The translations under genes were made by a program, and so were the position numbers. The notes under the pieces were generated by a model. The model worked only from the letters and a program-made list of their open reading frames with translations. It made no database searches and was not told where the DNA came from. This document shows positions 48,833-58,857 of a stretch of DNA of 64,000 bases, one piece after another; within the stretch, counting starts at the first letter, position 1; every line of letters begins with the position of its first letter. The DNA is from Cyanobacteria bacterium auto_48_18 (GTDB lineage Bacteria; Cyanobacteriota; Vampirovibrionia; Obscuribacterales; Obscuribacteraceae): assembly GCA_036170915.1 (NCBI GenBank), contig JAVHQC010000032.1:52787-116786 (forward strand), given 5' to 3'.

Positions 48833-49645
48833 TTAAGCCCGTAAATAAGTGGCCGGAAGAATATCATGCACGTACGGATGACTATTGCTTAAGAGTTTGA
48901 AGCGTACGGCTTCGAGTTTTGCCGAGCCAGCCTCCGTAAGCTTGCCTACGGCGGCAAGAGCCTGAACATAGACGTCATAGCAGTCGGCCAGTCGACCATA
49001 GTTGTGACGCTGTCGAAAGACTCCTATCGCTTGGGAAATTTGCTCTATCGCTTGGTCATGCTTACTCTGCTGCAAGCAAGCGACTGCAACCTGATAGCGA
49101 AACTCTTCCGCCGGGCCAAGAGGCGTTTCTACGAACTTCATAGATTTCAAAAGTAATGCCTCGCTTTCTGCTGGCCGCTTCAACTGCAAAAACGTGGCGG
49201 CGAGTTTTAGAACGCAGCGCAAAGTTGAGCGATGCTCATTTGCTAACGTCTTTTCATTGATTTCGAGGGCACGCTTAAGGAATGGCTCGGCTTCGGCCCA
49301 CTGCCCTTGAGCAATCAAACAATCAGCGCTATGTTCAAGTACTGGAGCGAGGCTAGCATGTCCGACGTAAAAAGCTTTTTCTAAAAGAGTACGGGCCGAA
49401 GCAAAGGTCGAGGCAGCAAGCTCTAGCTGATTTAAAAATTGATAGGTCTGCCCCAACTTATCGAGAATGACACCGCTGCTTGAATCAGCGTTACCTAAAG
49501 CTTGCTGTCGCTTCTCTAGAGCATCGATCAAAAGTCGCTCGCACAGATGCCACTGCTCTTTATCAAAAGCCTTATTGGCCAGACACTCTTGTGCTTGAGA
49601 CCAATACAAGGCCGAAACTTTATCGTGCGGGTGTTTGTCATTCAT
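48833..49645 (-). CDS. TPR repeat protein
   Basis: QGQWAEAEPFLKRALEINEKTL-type repeats; co-oriented and tightly linked to the receiver genes. Confidence 0.8.
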   Translation of the reverse strand: MNDKHPHDKVSALYWSQAQECLANKAFDKEQWHLCERLLIDALEKRQQALGNADSSSGVILDKLGQTYQFLNQLELAASTFASARTLLEKAFYVGHASLAPVLEHSADCLIAQGQWAEAEPFLKRALEINEKTLANEHRSTLRCVLKLAATFLQLKRPAESEALLLKSMKFVETPLGPAEEFRYQVAVACLQQSKHDQAIEQISQAIGVFRQRHNYGRLADCYDVYVQALAAVGKLTEAGSAKLEAVRFKLLSNSHPYVHDILPATYLRA

Positions 49646-49647
49646 AA

Positions 49648-50184
49648 CTACGCAATATTGTTATCTGCTTTGTGGTCTATACCCTTGCCGTCATGGTCTA
49701 TACCCTTGCCGTCATGGTCGATTCCATTGCCATCATGTTCAATCATCGGGGGCGCAATCTTAGAATAATAGTTACCTACGCGATCCCGCGGCAGCAGCCA
49801 CTCAATCTCGTTGCGAAATAGAACGGCATCAAATTTTTCCATGGTGATATATCGGGCAGCGCCCAGAGCTCTAGCGGCTGTACGCACACCGTCAGAAAGA
49901 TACTTCGCTACCTCAACAGGCTCGTTGCTGAAGCAAACGAATGGAATGCCTTGCATGTGCGGATCGCCACGAACCCAGCGCATAAAGTCGAAAATACTGC
50001 CACCGTTCTGCAAGTGCACATCACCGATAATCAAATCAACTTCGCGTTGCTTCAATATATTCATAGCAGTGGCAAAATCATGCGCTTTAAATACTTTATG
50101 ACCAAAGCTTTCAAGGCTGTCAGTCACCTGTTTCATTGGTCCGACATGCTCCAATAGAGCGAGTATTTGAGCTTCCATAATCAA
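49648..50184 (-). CDS. Single-domain (atypical) response regulator with a C-terminal repeat tail
   Basis: DLIIGDVHL, IPFVCFS, LGAARYI receiver pattern; (IDHDGKG)n tail. Confidence 0.82.
   Translation of the reverse strand: MIMEAQILALLEHVGPMKQVTDSLESFGHKVFKAHDFATAMNILKQREVDLIIGDVHLQNGGSIFDFMRWVRGDPHMQGIPFVCFSNEPVEVAKYLSDGVRTAARALGAARYITMEKFDAVLFRNEIEWLLPRDRVGNYYSKIAPPMIEHDGNGIDHDGKGIDHDGKGIDHKADNNIA
49673..49743 (-). repeat. 21-bp coding tandem repeat (IDHDGKG), about 3.4 copies
   Basis: TGGTCTATACCCTTGCCGTCA x2, TGGTCGATTCCATTGCCATCA and a partial copy. Confidence 0.9.
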
Positions 50185-50194
50185 CTACCTATTT

Positions 50195-50650
50195 TTATTT
50201 TGCGTTCGGCGGTAAGTTTGGCTTGGTGGACACGGGCAATTCAGCTTTAATGGTTCCAGATGTTTTTGGCAAAAAGCGCAATAATTCTGTTCTGAGCATC
50301 AGAGGATCAAACTCTTCCATGACAATATACTGAGCAGCACCTAAATGGCGAGCAGTAATGCGAACACCATCACTGAGATACTTGGCTATAACAGTGGGTT
50401 CAAGACTAAGCAATACAAAAGGAATACCGCTCAGCAGCGGATCATTTTTTACCCACTGAAGAAAATCAAATACACTTCCGCCATTTTCTAAATGCACATC
50501 GCTAATGATCAGGTCGCAACGATAATCGTGCAAAATCTCTTGTGCTTGCGAAAATTTATTAACCAAATGAACGTTGTGACCCACGGCATTAAGACATGCC
50601 ACCAGCTTCTCAGCATGGTCTTTATTCTCGATTAATGCCACTACACCCAT
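50195..50650 (-). CDS. Single-domain (atypical) response regulator, paralog of the adjacent gene
   Basis: DLIISDVHLENGGSVFDFL, IPFVLLS, AKYLSDGVR, LGAAQYI. Confidence 0.85.
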   Translation of the reverse strand: MGVVALIENKDHAEKLVACLNAVGHNVHLVNKFSQAQEILHDYRCDLIISDVHLENGGSVFDFLQWVKNDPLLSGIPFVLLSLEPTVIAKYLSDGVRITARHLGAAQYIVMEEFDPLMLRTELLRFLPKTSGTIKAELPVSTKPNLPPNAK

Positions 50651-50769
50651 ATCACCTGCCTGTGTGGTTACCAGACAAGGTTAAAGAGGCAGTCACTCGA
50701 CGACTCTGTTTTAAGCGGCGTTTAGCCCTAATCTCCTTTCATTGTATGTCAGTAATGGCGCTAAAAATG

Positions 50770-50800
<31 letters not shown>

Positions 50801-50944
50801 CGCGCACCACCAACAATACCTGTAGACCACTGCCCCATGACGAATAGGAGATAAGTTAAATCGAAACCATTTATTGTACCGTTAAGCACATATGTTCAGT
50901 GGGCAACACACTGGGGTTTTGGCACATTATGCAAATTTGCGTTG

Positions 50945-51793
50945 TCACTTTTTCGCTCCCAAGGAAGACTGACAGCGAGGGCAAAAATGACTGGAACGCC
51001 CATTTAGCTTGATTCTTTCGACTAGTGTTTTACACTTTCGGCATGGCTTGCCTTCTCGACCGTAGACCCATGATTGATTCTGATATCTGCCGTTGACACC
51101 GCTACTATCTGTATAGTCACGCAGTGATGAGCCACCAGATATGATGGCTTTGTTAAGTACCAGACGTATATTTTCTACTAAAGCTTTGAGCTTCGCAGCT
51201 GTCAGTGTTGAAGCAGCCGCTGTAGGGTGTATACCAGAGAGAAACAGTGACTCATCAGCATAAATATTGCCCACACCAGCGAGAATATGCTGGTCGAGCA
51301 GAGCCGTTTTAACGGCTTGTTTTTTTCCTTTAAACGCATCCGACAGATGCTTACTGTTTAGCTCATCTAAAGGCTCAGCACCTAGCTTTAGCAAGGTTGG
51401 AATTATATCTTCAAAAGTCTTGCCTTTAGGCTTAAACCACAGCCTGCCGAAGACTCTCATGTCTTCAAAATGCAATTCGCGGCCACTGGCAAGCAAAAAG
51501 CGCACTCGCAAAAATCTCGGTTCCGCTTTTGACTTCTCCTCGCGGATCAGTAGCCGCCCTGACATCCGTAGATGGCAGGCCAAACCCACTCCACCGTCCA
51601 GTTCAATCAACAAATATTTTCCGCGTCTGATTACAGTCTTAAATTTATGACCAGGCAGTGAGCTGACAAATTTTTCCACACTCGGAAAAGCAATCGATTG
51701 CTCTCGCAATACCTCAACTCCAACGATGGCATCGTTTTTAAGAGCTTTTGTCAGGCCCCGTTTTATAGTTTCGACTTCAGGCAGCTCAGGCAT
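50945..51793 (-). CDS. mutM: Formamidopyrimidine-DNA glycosylase
   Basis: MPELPEVET, RRGKYL, HLRMSG, GVGNIYADESLF, C-terminal zinc finger. Confidence 0.97.
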   Translation of the reverse strand: MPELPEVETIKRGLTKALKNDAIVGVEVLREQSIAFPSVEKFVSSLPGHKFKTVIRRGKYLLIELDGGVGLACHLRMSGRLLIREEKSKAEPRFLRVRFLLASGRELHFEDMRVFGRLWFKPKGKTFEDIIPTLLKLGAEPLDELNSKHLSDAFKGKKQAVKTALLDQHILAGVGNIYADESLFLSGIHPTAAASTLTAAKLKALVENIRLVLNKAIISGGSSLRDYTDSSGVNGRYQNQSWVYGREGKPCRKCKTLVERIKLNGRSSHFCPRCQSSLGAKK

Positions 51794-51795
51794 AT

Positions 51796-52866
51796 CTAAG
51801 AGAAGAAGAAGGCAGCGCCAAGAATAGCGTAGATAGCCAGTAGTTGCACTCCTTCAAGCCAGTTGCACTCACCATCGGTGGCAACGAATGACAAAATGAT
51901 CACTGATACTACAATAGACAAAATTTCTAAAGAAGAGAAACAAAGGTCCATGGGCTTGCCGATAAAGTGACCAGTAAAAACAATCACCGGCGCCACGAAA
52001 AGTGCGATCTGCGCACCTGACCCCAGAGCAATATTCATGGCCAAATCCATTTTATTTTTCATAGCCATCAAGACAGCTGTGCTGTGCTCTGCGGCGTTGC
52101 CAACAATAGCCACCAAAATTACACCGATAAAAATGTGGTTGAGACCGAGAGTAGCTGCCGCTTCCTCAACAGCGTGTACCAGATATTCACTCAATATTGC
52201 CACGCCCACCGTTGCGACCAACAGAATCCCAAGCGCCATACGTGGGCTCCAGTGACCAACTCCAAGATCGTGTCCCTTATCTTCGTCACTGCCTTGATAA
52301 AGCTGCTTGTGAGTCTTCAGGGCAAAAATCAGACTCAAAATATAGACGACGAATTGCACCCCAGAAATCCACATAGCCAGGTTGTAATCGCCTTCTTTCG
52401 AACGATGTTGATTAGCCATCTGACAAACAGCCGGCACAGTCAAGCTTATAGCTGCCAGGGCGAGCAGAGTGGCAGATGTGGATGCGGCAGTACGATTAAA
52501 GTACTGAGTGCGAAATTTTACGCCGCCGGCAAAAATAGCCGCACCCAGCACCAACAAGACGTTACCAATAATCGAGCCGGTAATGGACGCCTCTACAACA
52601 TCAATCAAACCGGCGCGAAGGGCCGATAAAGCGATAATCAATTCGCAGGCGTTGCCGAAGGTGGCATTAAGCAGCGCACCAGCTCCAGAGCCGACGCGGT
52701 CGGCCAATATTTCTGTGGCTTTTCCCATAATTCCTGCCAACGGCACGATGCCAAGACAGGCAGTAAAGAAGATGATGTAAGCAGGCCAATGAAGATACGT
52801 GCCGATTACAGGCAGAGGAATAAAAACAAGGAAAATATTGAGAATGTTCTCAAAGGAAAATTTCAT
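51796..52866 (-). CDS. cax: Ca2+/H+ antiporter (CaCA family)
   Basis: LLNATFGNACE, GSIIGN.LLVLG, AIVGNAAEH. Confidence 0.93.
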   Translation of the reverse strand: MKFSFENILNIFLVFIPLPVIGTYLHWPAYIIFFTACLGIVPLAGIMGKATEILADRVGSGAGALLNATFGNACELIIALSALRAGLIDVVEASITGSIIGNVLLVLGAAIFAGGVKFRTQYFNRTAASTSATLLALAAISLTVPAVCQMANQHRSKEGDYNLAMWISGVQFVVYILSLIFALKTHKQLYQGSDEDKGHDLGVGHWSPRMALGILLVATVGVAILSEYLVHAVEEAAATLGLNHIFIGVILVAIVGNAAEHSTAVLMAMKNKMDLAMNIALGSGAQIALFVAPVIVFTGHFIGKPMDLCFSSLEILSIVVSVIILSFVATDGECNWLEGVQLLAIYAILGAAFFFS

Positions 52867-53190
52867 TTATTCCGGCACCGCATTTGACACCACAACTCGC
52901 AATCAGGCCAGAAAAAACAGAAACTCAATTTCTCACTTACCCAATCTTTTACTAAATTCACTATTCGCTAAATACACTATAGGAATGGAAACCTGATTAA
53001 AAGAGCAGCCGTAAATATTCCAGCCCAGATTCGCTCTGAGAAAAAATTAAGTGGCCTCGACCCCTGGCAAAAGACCATATCCTTTACATATCGGAGTTAA
53101 CATATTGCAATGACAAATTTAAAAACTGCAATTTTTAACGGCACGGCAACGATGGGTCACAAGCCTGTCACAACATTAGGGGGTAGCTCG

Positions 53191-54474
53191 ATGGTAGCGG
53201 TTAAGTCGGCATATGTGCCGACAATGGAATGTGAAACCGAACACTTTTTGATGGCCCAGAGACAACTTGACGAAATCGCCGAGGAGATGGGTCTCGACAA
53301 AGAACTGCACGAGCGTCTGAGATATCCCAAACGAGCCTTAATAGTGACAGTGCCGGTGCGTATGGACGACGGCTCCGTCAAATCATTTACCGGCTACAGA
53401 GTGCATCATGACGTCACACTGGGGCCCGCTAAAGGTGGCATTCGCTTCCATCCGGAAGTCAACCTGGGCGAGGTTTCATGCCTGGCTATGCTCATGACCT
53501 GGAAATGCGCGCTAATGGGCTTGCCTTACGGCGGTGCTAAGGGCGGCATTCGCTGTGAACCATGGAAACTTTCTCTCGGCGAAAACGAACGTCTAACCAG
53601 ACGCTACACTTCAGAAATCATCACCCTGCTGGGCCCAGACAAAGACATTCCTGCTCCTGACATGTACACCAATGAGCAAACAATGGCCTGGATCATGGAT
53701 ACCTACAGCATCAACGTTGGCCACACAGTGCCTTCGGTAGTGACAGGCAAGCCTGTTTCTATTGGCGGCTCGTATGGTCGTACGGAGGCCACTGGCCGGG
53801 GTGTTGCATATTGCGCCAGACGCGCAGTTAATCACTATGGCATTAAGTCCGACTCACCCACTGTTGTAGTTCAAGGTTTTGGCAACGTGGGCTCAATCGC
53901 CGCCAAACTACTGCACCAGGCTGGCTATAAAATTGTCGGCGTCTCCGATGTTCACGGCGGCATTTACAACCCAAAAGGCATAGACATTCCTCGACTGTTT
54001 GCCTATCTCAGTGAGATGGGCAAGGTTGAAGGTTTCACCGGCTCAACACCAGTGAACAATCAAGATTTGCTTGAATTGGAATGCGACATTTTGATTCCAG
54101 CAGCTTTGGGCGGACAAATCACTGAGGCCAATGCCCATAAACTGCAATGCAAAATTGTGGTGGAAGGTGCTAACGGACCGACAACACCAGAAGCCGATTT
54201 GATTTTGCATGACCGCGGTATTTTTGTCATACCTGACATTCTGGCTAACGCCGGGGGCGTCACTGTGAGCTATTTCGAATGGGTGCAAGGCATGATGCAT
54301 CTGTTCTGGAGTGAAGAAGAAGTGAATCAGCGCCTGGAACAAATCATGGGCCGAGCCTGCGATCAAGTTCTGGAACTGGCCACCAAAAACAAACTGAGCG
54401 CACGCATGGCAGCACTGCGCATCGGTGTTTCGCGAATTGCCGAAGCCAAGCGCCTGCGCGGACTTTACCCATAA
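53191..54474 (+). CDS. gdhA: Glu/Leu/Phe/Val dehydrogenase (glutamate dehydrogenase)
   Basis: GPAKGGIRFHP, MTWKCA, GGAKGG, DIPAPD, VTGKP, QGFGNVG, EGANGP, ANAGGVTVSYFEW. Start at ATG 53191 (AGGGGG SD). Confidence 0.95.
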   Translation: MVAVKSAYVPTMECETEHFLMAQRQLDEIAEEMGLDKELHERLRYPKRALIVTVPVRMDDGSVKSFTGYRVHHDVTLGPAKGGIRFHPEVNLGEVSCLAMLMTWKCALMGLPYGGAKGGIRCEPWKLSLGENERLTRRYTSEIITLLGPDKDIPAPDMYTNEQTMAWIMDTYSINVGHTVPSVVTGKPVSIGGSYGRTEATGRGVAYCARRAVNHYGIKSDSPTVVVQGFGNVGSIAAKLLHQAGYKIVGVSDVHGGIYNPKGIDIPRLFAYLSEMGKVEGFTGSTPVNNQDLLELECDILIPAALGGQITEANAHKLQCKIVVEGANGPTTPEADLILHDRGIFVIPDILANAGGVTVSYFEWVQGMMHLFWSEEEVNQRLEQIMGRACDQVLELATKNKLSARMAALRIGVSRIAEAKRLRGLYP

Positions 54475-54505
54475 GTTAGAACCCGATTGCGGCTTAGCGA
54501 CTGAT

Positions 54506-54545
54506 AAAGGCACTGGTTCATTACGGGAGCCAGTGCCTCTTTTTT
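54506..54545 (+). terminator. Rho-independent terminator after gdh
   Basis: AGGCACTGGTTC-loop-GAGCCAGTGCCT followed by a T tract. Confidence 0.8.
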
Positions 54546-54631
54546 AGGCATTTTTGATTTGTCGAGGCAAATATGTGGCACAGAGATGATACGCATTGCC
54601 CGCAATGCTCGGGTCAGTCTATGGTAAGCAC

Positions 54632-56263
54632 ATGTTTTCATCGCGTTCATCTGCCGGTAAACAGAACACTCCAGCACCGCGTAGTTTTCGCTTGCCTAAG
54701 CAATCGATTGTGCCTAACTACACCGATGTGCAGTTTCTAGCGGCAGAAGCCAACAAGCAACAGGGCCGCCAGGTGGAACTGCCGTTTTCGGTGACTGAGG
54801 GCTCACAAGAATTTGTCGTAACGGTAAAAGTCGATCACAACGTTTCTTTGGATCCGGTCTGGACTCTAACAGCGGTCACCGCTCAAGGTCACCAGGTAAT
54901 TTTCCAACATCCAGAACCCGATTTAAGCATGGTGACAAACCTGATTATGAGCGGCTGCGGATGCGATCTGTTTTCAGATGACCTGGCCTCTGAAGCAATG
55001 ATGGGTCGCGACACGCTTTCCAATTTAAACCCTGTTGCTACCGGTGAAGCCCCTCCGGTAGAAAGCAAAATGACTGGCAGCCACGCAGTTACCGACTCTA
55101 ATGCCGCGGTCTTTGATGCTCCGAAGCCTGGTGTTAAAGCCACTCTTGAAGGTGACCTGACAAAAATGCAGGCACCTAACTTACTGCAATCTCTAAACAT
55201 GGCCAAAATGACCGGCCGCCTCGATGTTAAAGACAAAAATGAAGAGGCGCGGGTCTTTTTCCTCGACGGCAATATAGTGCATGCCGAGATGAAAGAGACA
55301 CTGGGCGATGAGGCACTAATTGAGCTGGTCACCTGGACAGCAGGCGAATTTCGATTTTGGCCCGATGAGACCACCGGCCAAAAAACAGTAAAAAAACGGC
55401 TTGATGCCATGCTTATGGAAGGCGTAACTCTTCTTGACCAGAGCCAATATTTAGAATCGGCCGGTTTAAAAATGGAATCATGCCTGGTCAAACGCAATGC
55501 CATTATTTCTGAGCAGGAATTTACTGCACGCTTACAGAAAGGCGCACCAATAGGCCTTCAGCCGCAAATTGATTTTTACGAATTGATTGACAATCACAGC
55601 CAATTTTTCGACATTTTAGCCAAGCGCCCGATGCGCAAAACAGAATATGTGCCAATTTTATTCAATCTAATTAGTTGCGGATTGATTCAAGTCACTGATC
55701 AACAGGCGCGCTCAGCTGGTCGCGGACTGGGCATTGATGAAGGCACACTGCAAAGTGTAAGCAAAGCATTGATTCGCCAGGAAACAGGAATTTTGACCTA
55801 TCCTGCCTTTCTGTATTTCTTACAACAAGAATATTTGCGGTACGAATATTTCAACTTTCCATTTTCAATTATTGTTTTCAGCCTTGGTCATCGTAAGGGT
55901 GGCGCCACAGGGCCGGTTGAATCATTACAGATATTGGCGGTCAAACGCGCCATGCAACGCATTAGCCTGGTTAAAAGGCCTATCGACATGCTCGGACACT
56001 ACGAGACTTTTGACTACAGTCTGATTTTGCCCAACTCAAACGCAAAAGCGGCGGCTGCACTTGCTCACCGCATAGTGGACGTTTTAAGAGAAGCTCCGCT
56101 GACAGCAGACATGGATCCGCGAGGAATGGTTTTTGCATTCGGCGTAGCCGGCGTACCTGAAGATGGCCAGGAGCTGGACAAGCTCTTGTCTGTGGCTAAA
56201 GGCGCACGCGACATGTCTAAATCGACGCAACGCATTGTGCTTGCCCGCGAAGTAATTCCTTAG
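54632..56263 (+). CDS. DUF4388 (PatA_N-like) domain protein with a degenerate GGDEF domain
   Basis: LEGDL....PNLLQSL...KMTGRL, FF.DG.IVHA, ALIEL..W..G.F.F; GGDEF-fold C-terminus with GHYETFDY at the active site. Confidence 0.8.
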   Translation: MFSSRSSAGKQNTPAPRSFRLPKQSIVPNYTDVQFLAAEANKQQGRQVELPFSVTEGSQEFVVTVKVDHNVSLDPVWTLTAVTAQGHQVIFQHPEPDLSMVTNLIMSGCGCDLFSDDLASEAMMGRDTLSNLNPVATGEAPPVESKMTGSHAVTDSNAAVFDAPKPGVKATLEGDLTKMQAPNLLQSLNMAKMTGRLDVKDKNEEARVFFLDGNIVHAEMKETLGDEALIELVTWTAGEFRFWPDETTGQKTVKKRLDAMLMEGVTLLDQSQYLESAGLKMESCLVKRNAIISEQEFTARLQKGAPIGLQPQIDFYELIDNHSQFFDILAKRPMRKTEYVPILFNLISCGLIQVTDQQARSAGRGLGIDEGTLQSVSKALIRQETGILTYPAFLYFLQQEYLRYEYFNFPFSIIVFSLGHRKGGATGPVESLQILAVKRAMQRISLVKRPIDMLGHYETFDYSLILPNSNAKAAAALAHRIVDVLREAPLTADMDPRGMVFAFGVAGVPEDGQELDKLLSVAKGARDMSKSTQRIVLAREVIP

Positions 56264-56447
56264 AGATGGATTTTTTTAAATGCCAACTGGTGCGGATCAA
56301 TAAGAATTAGCTGGTATAGATTAGATCTAGCCGATATCGCTTGACATCACATGTGCATTCGCTAATATAGAGACCTCGCTCGTCATAGCGATTTTTTCTT
56401 ACCTTTTCTTTTATGGCTTGGCAAATATACGACGAACAGGTGAGTGT

Positions 56448-57218
56448 ATGCGGCACTTCGGTGATTCCGCGCAATCTTATAATTCTGGCGCAGAGAATCT
56501 CGCCACAGACGGACGCTTCGCTCCGCCCTTGTCTAAGCACGAGAAGAGCGGCAACCTGGCACAGTTCATCCACGATCAGTTTAGCCCCGCTAATCAATAT
56601 GATCAGAAAAGCTTGCGCTCGATTTTGCCTCCACTCGCACTGCGTTCTGATGTTCCAGCAGCGCTTCCAGAGGCCATTGCGACACCATCCGTAAGAACCG
56701 ATTTCTCGATCACTAAGCAAGAACAGTCAGCTGTTCATCCACTTCTCGCCCATCTGCGCAAAGTTGAATCGCCTAAGCCTGAAGCGATAATTTCCATGGA
56801 CTTCCGCAATCCGCTCTACAAATCAAATGACGTAACTCGCAACAATGATAAAGCCGATGCCTTCAGCGCCGACAACTGCTATCAAACTATTTCCATCAAT
56901 CCACAAGATGGAACTACGAAAACTATCACTACGTTGCCTGACTTATCGTCCACTAAAATTCATACCAAAAACGCCGACGGCTCATCAATCGCCTACACCG
57001 ATGGGCTGGGCCGCACCGTAAGCGAAAATCGCTATAACGCCGAAGGCAAACTAATGATTTCAACCAGCACCGAATATGGCAACGGTGAACACTCGGCAAT
57101 ACCATCGCGCAAAGTAATAAAGACAGCCAGTGAAACAATAGAACTAACAATGGACAGCACCGGTGCTGTCCTGCAAAAAGTCGCGGTACCTTACTCTGAC
57201 TTGAGCAGAAATGCCTGA
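56448..57218 (+). CDS. Hypothetical protein with a C-terminal beta-rich (YD-like) region
   Basis: AGGTGA SD before ATG 56448; YTDGLGRTVSENRYNAEGKL; overlaps the next gene. Confidence 0.6.
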   Translation: MRHFGDSAQSYNSGAENLATDGRFAPPLSKHEKSGNLAQFIHDQFSPANQYDQKSLRSILPPLALRSDVPAALPEAIATPSVRTDFSITKQEQSAVHPLLAHLRKVESPKPEAIISMDFRNPLYKSNDVTRNNDKADAFSADNCYQTISINPQDGTTKTITTLPDLSSTKIHTKNADGSSIAYTDGLGRTVSENRYNAEGKLMISTSTEYGNGEHSAIPSRKVIKTASETIELTMDSTGAVLQKVAVPYSDLSRNA

Positions 57219-57771
57219 TTTTGCCAGAACGATAAGACAAACCACTGTTGCTGTTACTCAGGGTGACATCACCAGGCAAGATGTCACAGCCATAGTTAAC
57301 GCCGCCAACTCTTCACTTATGGGTGGAGGCGGAGTTGATGGTGCGATTCACCGAGCTGGTGGCCCTGCGATTTTAGAAGAGTGCAAACAAATCAGAGCCA
57401 TACAAGGGCAGTGCGCGCCTGGAGAAGCTGTCATCACATGTGGTGGCAATTTAAAGGCCAAATATGTGATTCATACAGTAGGGCCAATCTGGAGAGGTGG
57501 AAGTACGAACGAATCTACTGTGCTTAAAAGTGCCTATCAAAACTCGCTACAGCTGGGTGTCGACAACGAGGTCAGCACAATCGCTTTTCCGTCAATCAGT
57601 ACTGGCGCTTACGGCTACCCCTTGCAAGAGGCAGCTCAAATTGCCACCACCACAGTGAGCGATTTCATTGCCAATATGGCAGGGCAAGAAACTTTGCAAG
57701 AAATTCGCTTTGTGCTTTTTGACACCCGCACTTTTGATGCTTACAAAGATGCACTGGAAAGTCTCAACTAG
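57211..57771 (+). CDS. Macrodomain O-acetyl-ADP-ribose deacetylase (YmdB-like)
   Basis: QGDIT, AIVNAANSSLMGGGGVDGAIHRAGG, VIHTVGP, AFPSISTGAYGYP. Confidence 0.95.
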   Translation: MPDFARTIRQTTVAVTQGDITRQDVTAIVNAANSSLMGGGGVDGAIHRAGGPAILEECKQIRAIQGQCAPGEAVITCGGNLKAKYVIHTVGPIWRGGSTNESTVLKSAYQNSLQLGVDNEVSTIAFPSISTGAYGYPLQEAAQIATTTVSDFIANMAGQETLQEIRFVLFDTRTFDAYKDALESLN

Positions 57772-57773
57772 CG

Positions 57774-58739
57774 CTATTGATCTAAATTGCCCTGAATTTT
57801 GTTTTTCTCTAGATACTCTTTAGCTCCGTCAGAGAGCAAATCGCGGTGCATGCGCCAGGGATCTTGAAAAAATTCCACCGCAATTTTTCTATCTAATATA
57901 TGGGTGAGAAGCAGATCTATGGCTTGCTGCTCTTCACTGAGACCTTCAGCCACAATAATTCTGTCGCCTTCTTGGGGCTGATTCAATAATTTAGAAAAAT
58001 ACTGAAATGACAGTAACTGCTGCCTTGGCATATGGCCCGTCATAATCACGACATATAGATTTTTCCACTCGTCCGCCGTCATTGCCTTATGCCATTTTGT
58101 CACTGCTTCGTCCATGGCGGCAATCTGTGTACCGGCCGCTTCGTAGGCATTGTGCATGTCAGGCGAAGCACACGAGCGCACATACTTTTGCAAATCGGCA
58201 TGTGAAACTCGCTTTGCGTCAATTACATTGCCCAGAAAAGTCAGTGTCTTATCGATTAGTTCTTTCTGTGTAGGATTATCAGCTGGTGCTAAACCCTCAT
58301 TTTTCTCCAGGCCACTTGCGGCTTGTTCAATGCCGGTCTTGTAAGTTTTCAGCTTGTCAATTTGTGTGGTGCTTAAATCATCGTCTGTATGATTGGTAAG
58401 TAAAACGAAGGTGCCAAGCGTGATATGCGCCACTTCTTTAAGGCCTGTATAGCGAGGCTTTATGACCACCACCGACGCGATATTTTTTCCTTTGTGCAGA
58501 GCGATAGTATTGCCAGAGCAAACAATAATAGGTCCGAGGCCAGCACGTATTTCATCTTTAGCGAGAGTGTAGTTTTTAAGCAGCTGCTCGTTAACCGCGC
58601 TAAACGCCAGTGGTTTTTCGGTGACCGCGGGCTTGTCACTCGGTTGTGCTCCCATCGACTCACACAAAGCGGGAGCCGCGTACAAATAAATTGCTGACAA
58701 GGCCAGCAATAACGAACACGTCGATTTAAAAGATTTCAA
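57774..58739 (-). CDS. Secreted hypothetical protein
   Basis: Start reassigned to TTG 58739 (GGGAGAG SD; signal peptide ...LLLALSAIYLYAAPALC); LKEVAHITLG, GHMPR and MHRDLL motifs. ATG 58766 is an alternative. Confidence 0.75.
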   Translation of the reverse strand: MKSFKSTCSLLLALSAIYLYAAPALCESMGAQPSDKPAVTEKPLAFSAVNEQLLKNYTLAKDEIRAGLGPIIVCSGNTIALHKGKNIASVVVIKPRYTGLKEVAHITLGTFVLLTNHTDDDLSTTQIDKLKTYKTGIEQAASGLEKNEGLAPADNPTQKELIDKTLTFLGNVIDAKRVSHADLQKYVRSCASPDMHNAYEAAGTQIAAMDEAVTKWHKAMTADEWKNLYVVIMTGHMPRQQLLSFQYFSKLLNQPQEGDRIIVAEGLSEEQQAIDLLLTHILDRKIAVEFFQDPWRMHRDLLSDGAKEYLEKNKIQGNLDQ

Positions 58740-58787
58740 AGTCTCTCCCAATTTCTCAGTTTGCATCAGACAGGGAACAAGTTTAGT

Positions 58788-58817
58788 TGAAAAAAATACC
58801 TTTAAAGGTATTTTTTC
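58788..58817. repeat. 30-bp palindromic dispersed repeat, identical to 27674-27703
   Basis: TGAAAAAAATACCTTTAAAGGTATTTTTTC, 41 nt after the stop of the giant gene. Confidence 0.92.
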
Positions 58818-58857
58818 AAGAATCAATAACCTAACTCCAACTGCCCAAAATTCAGAT

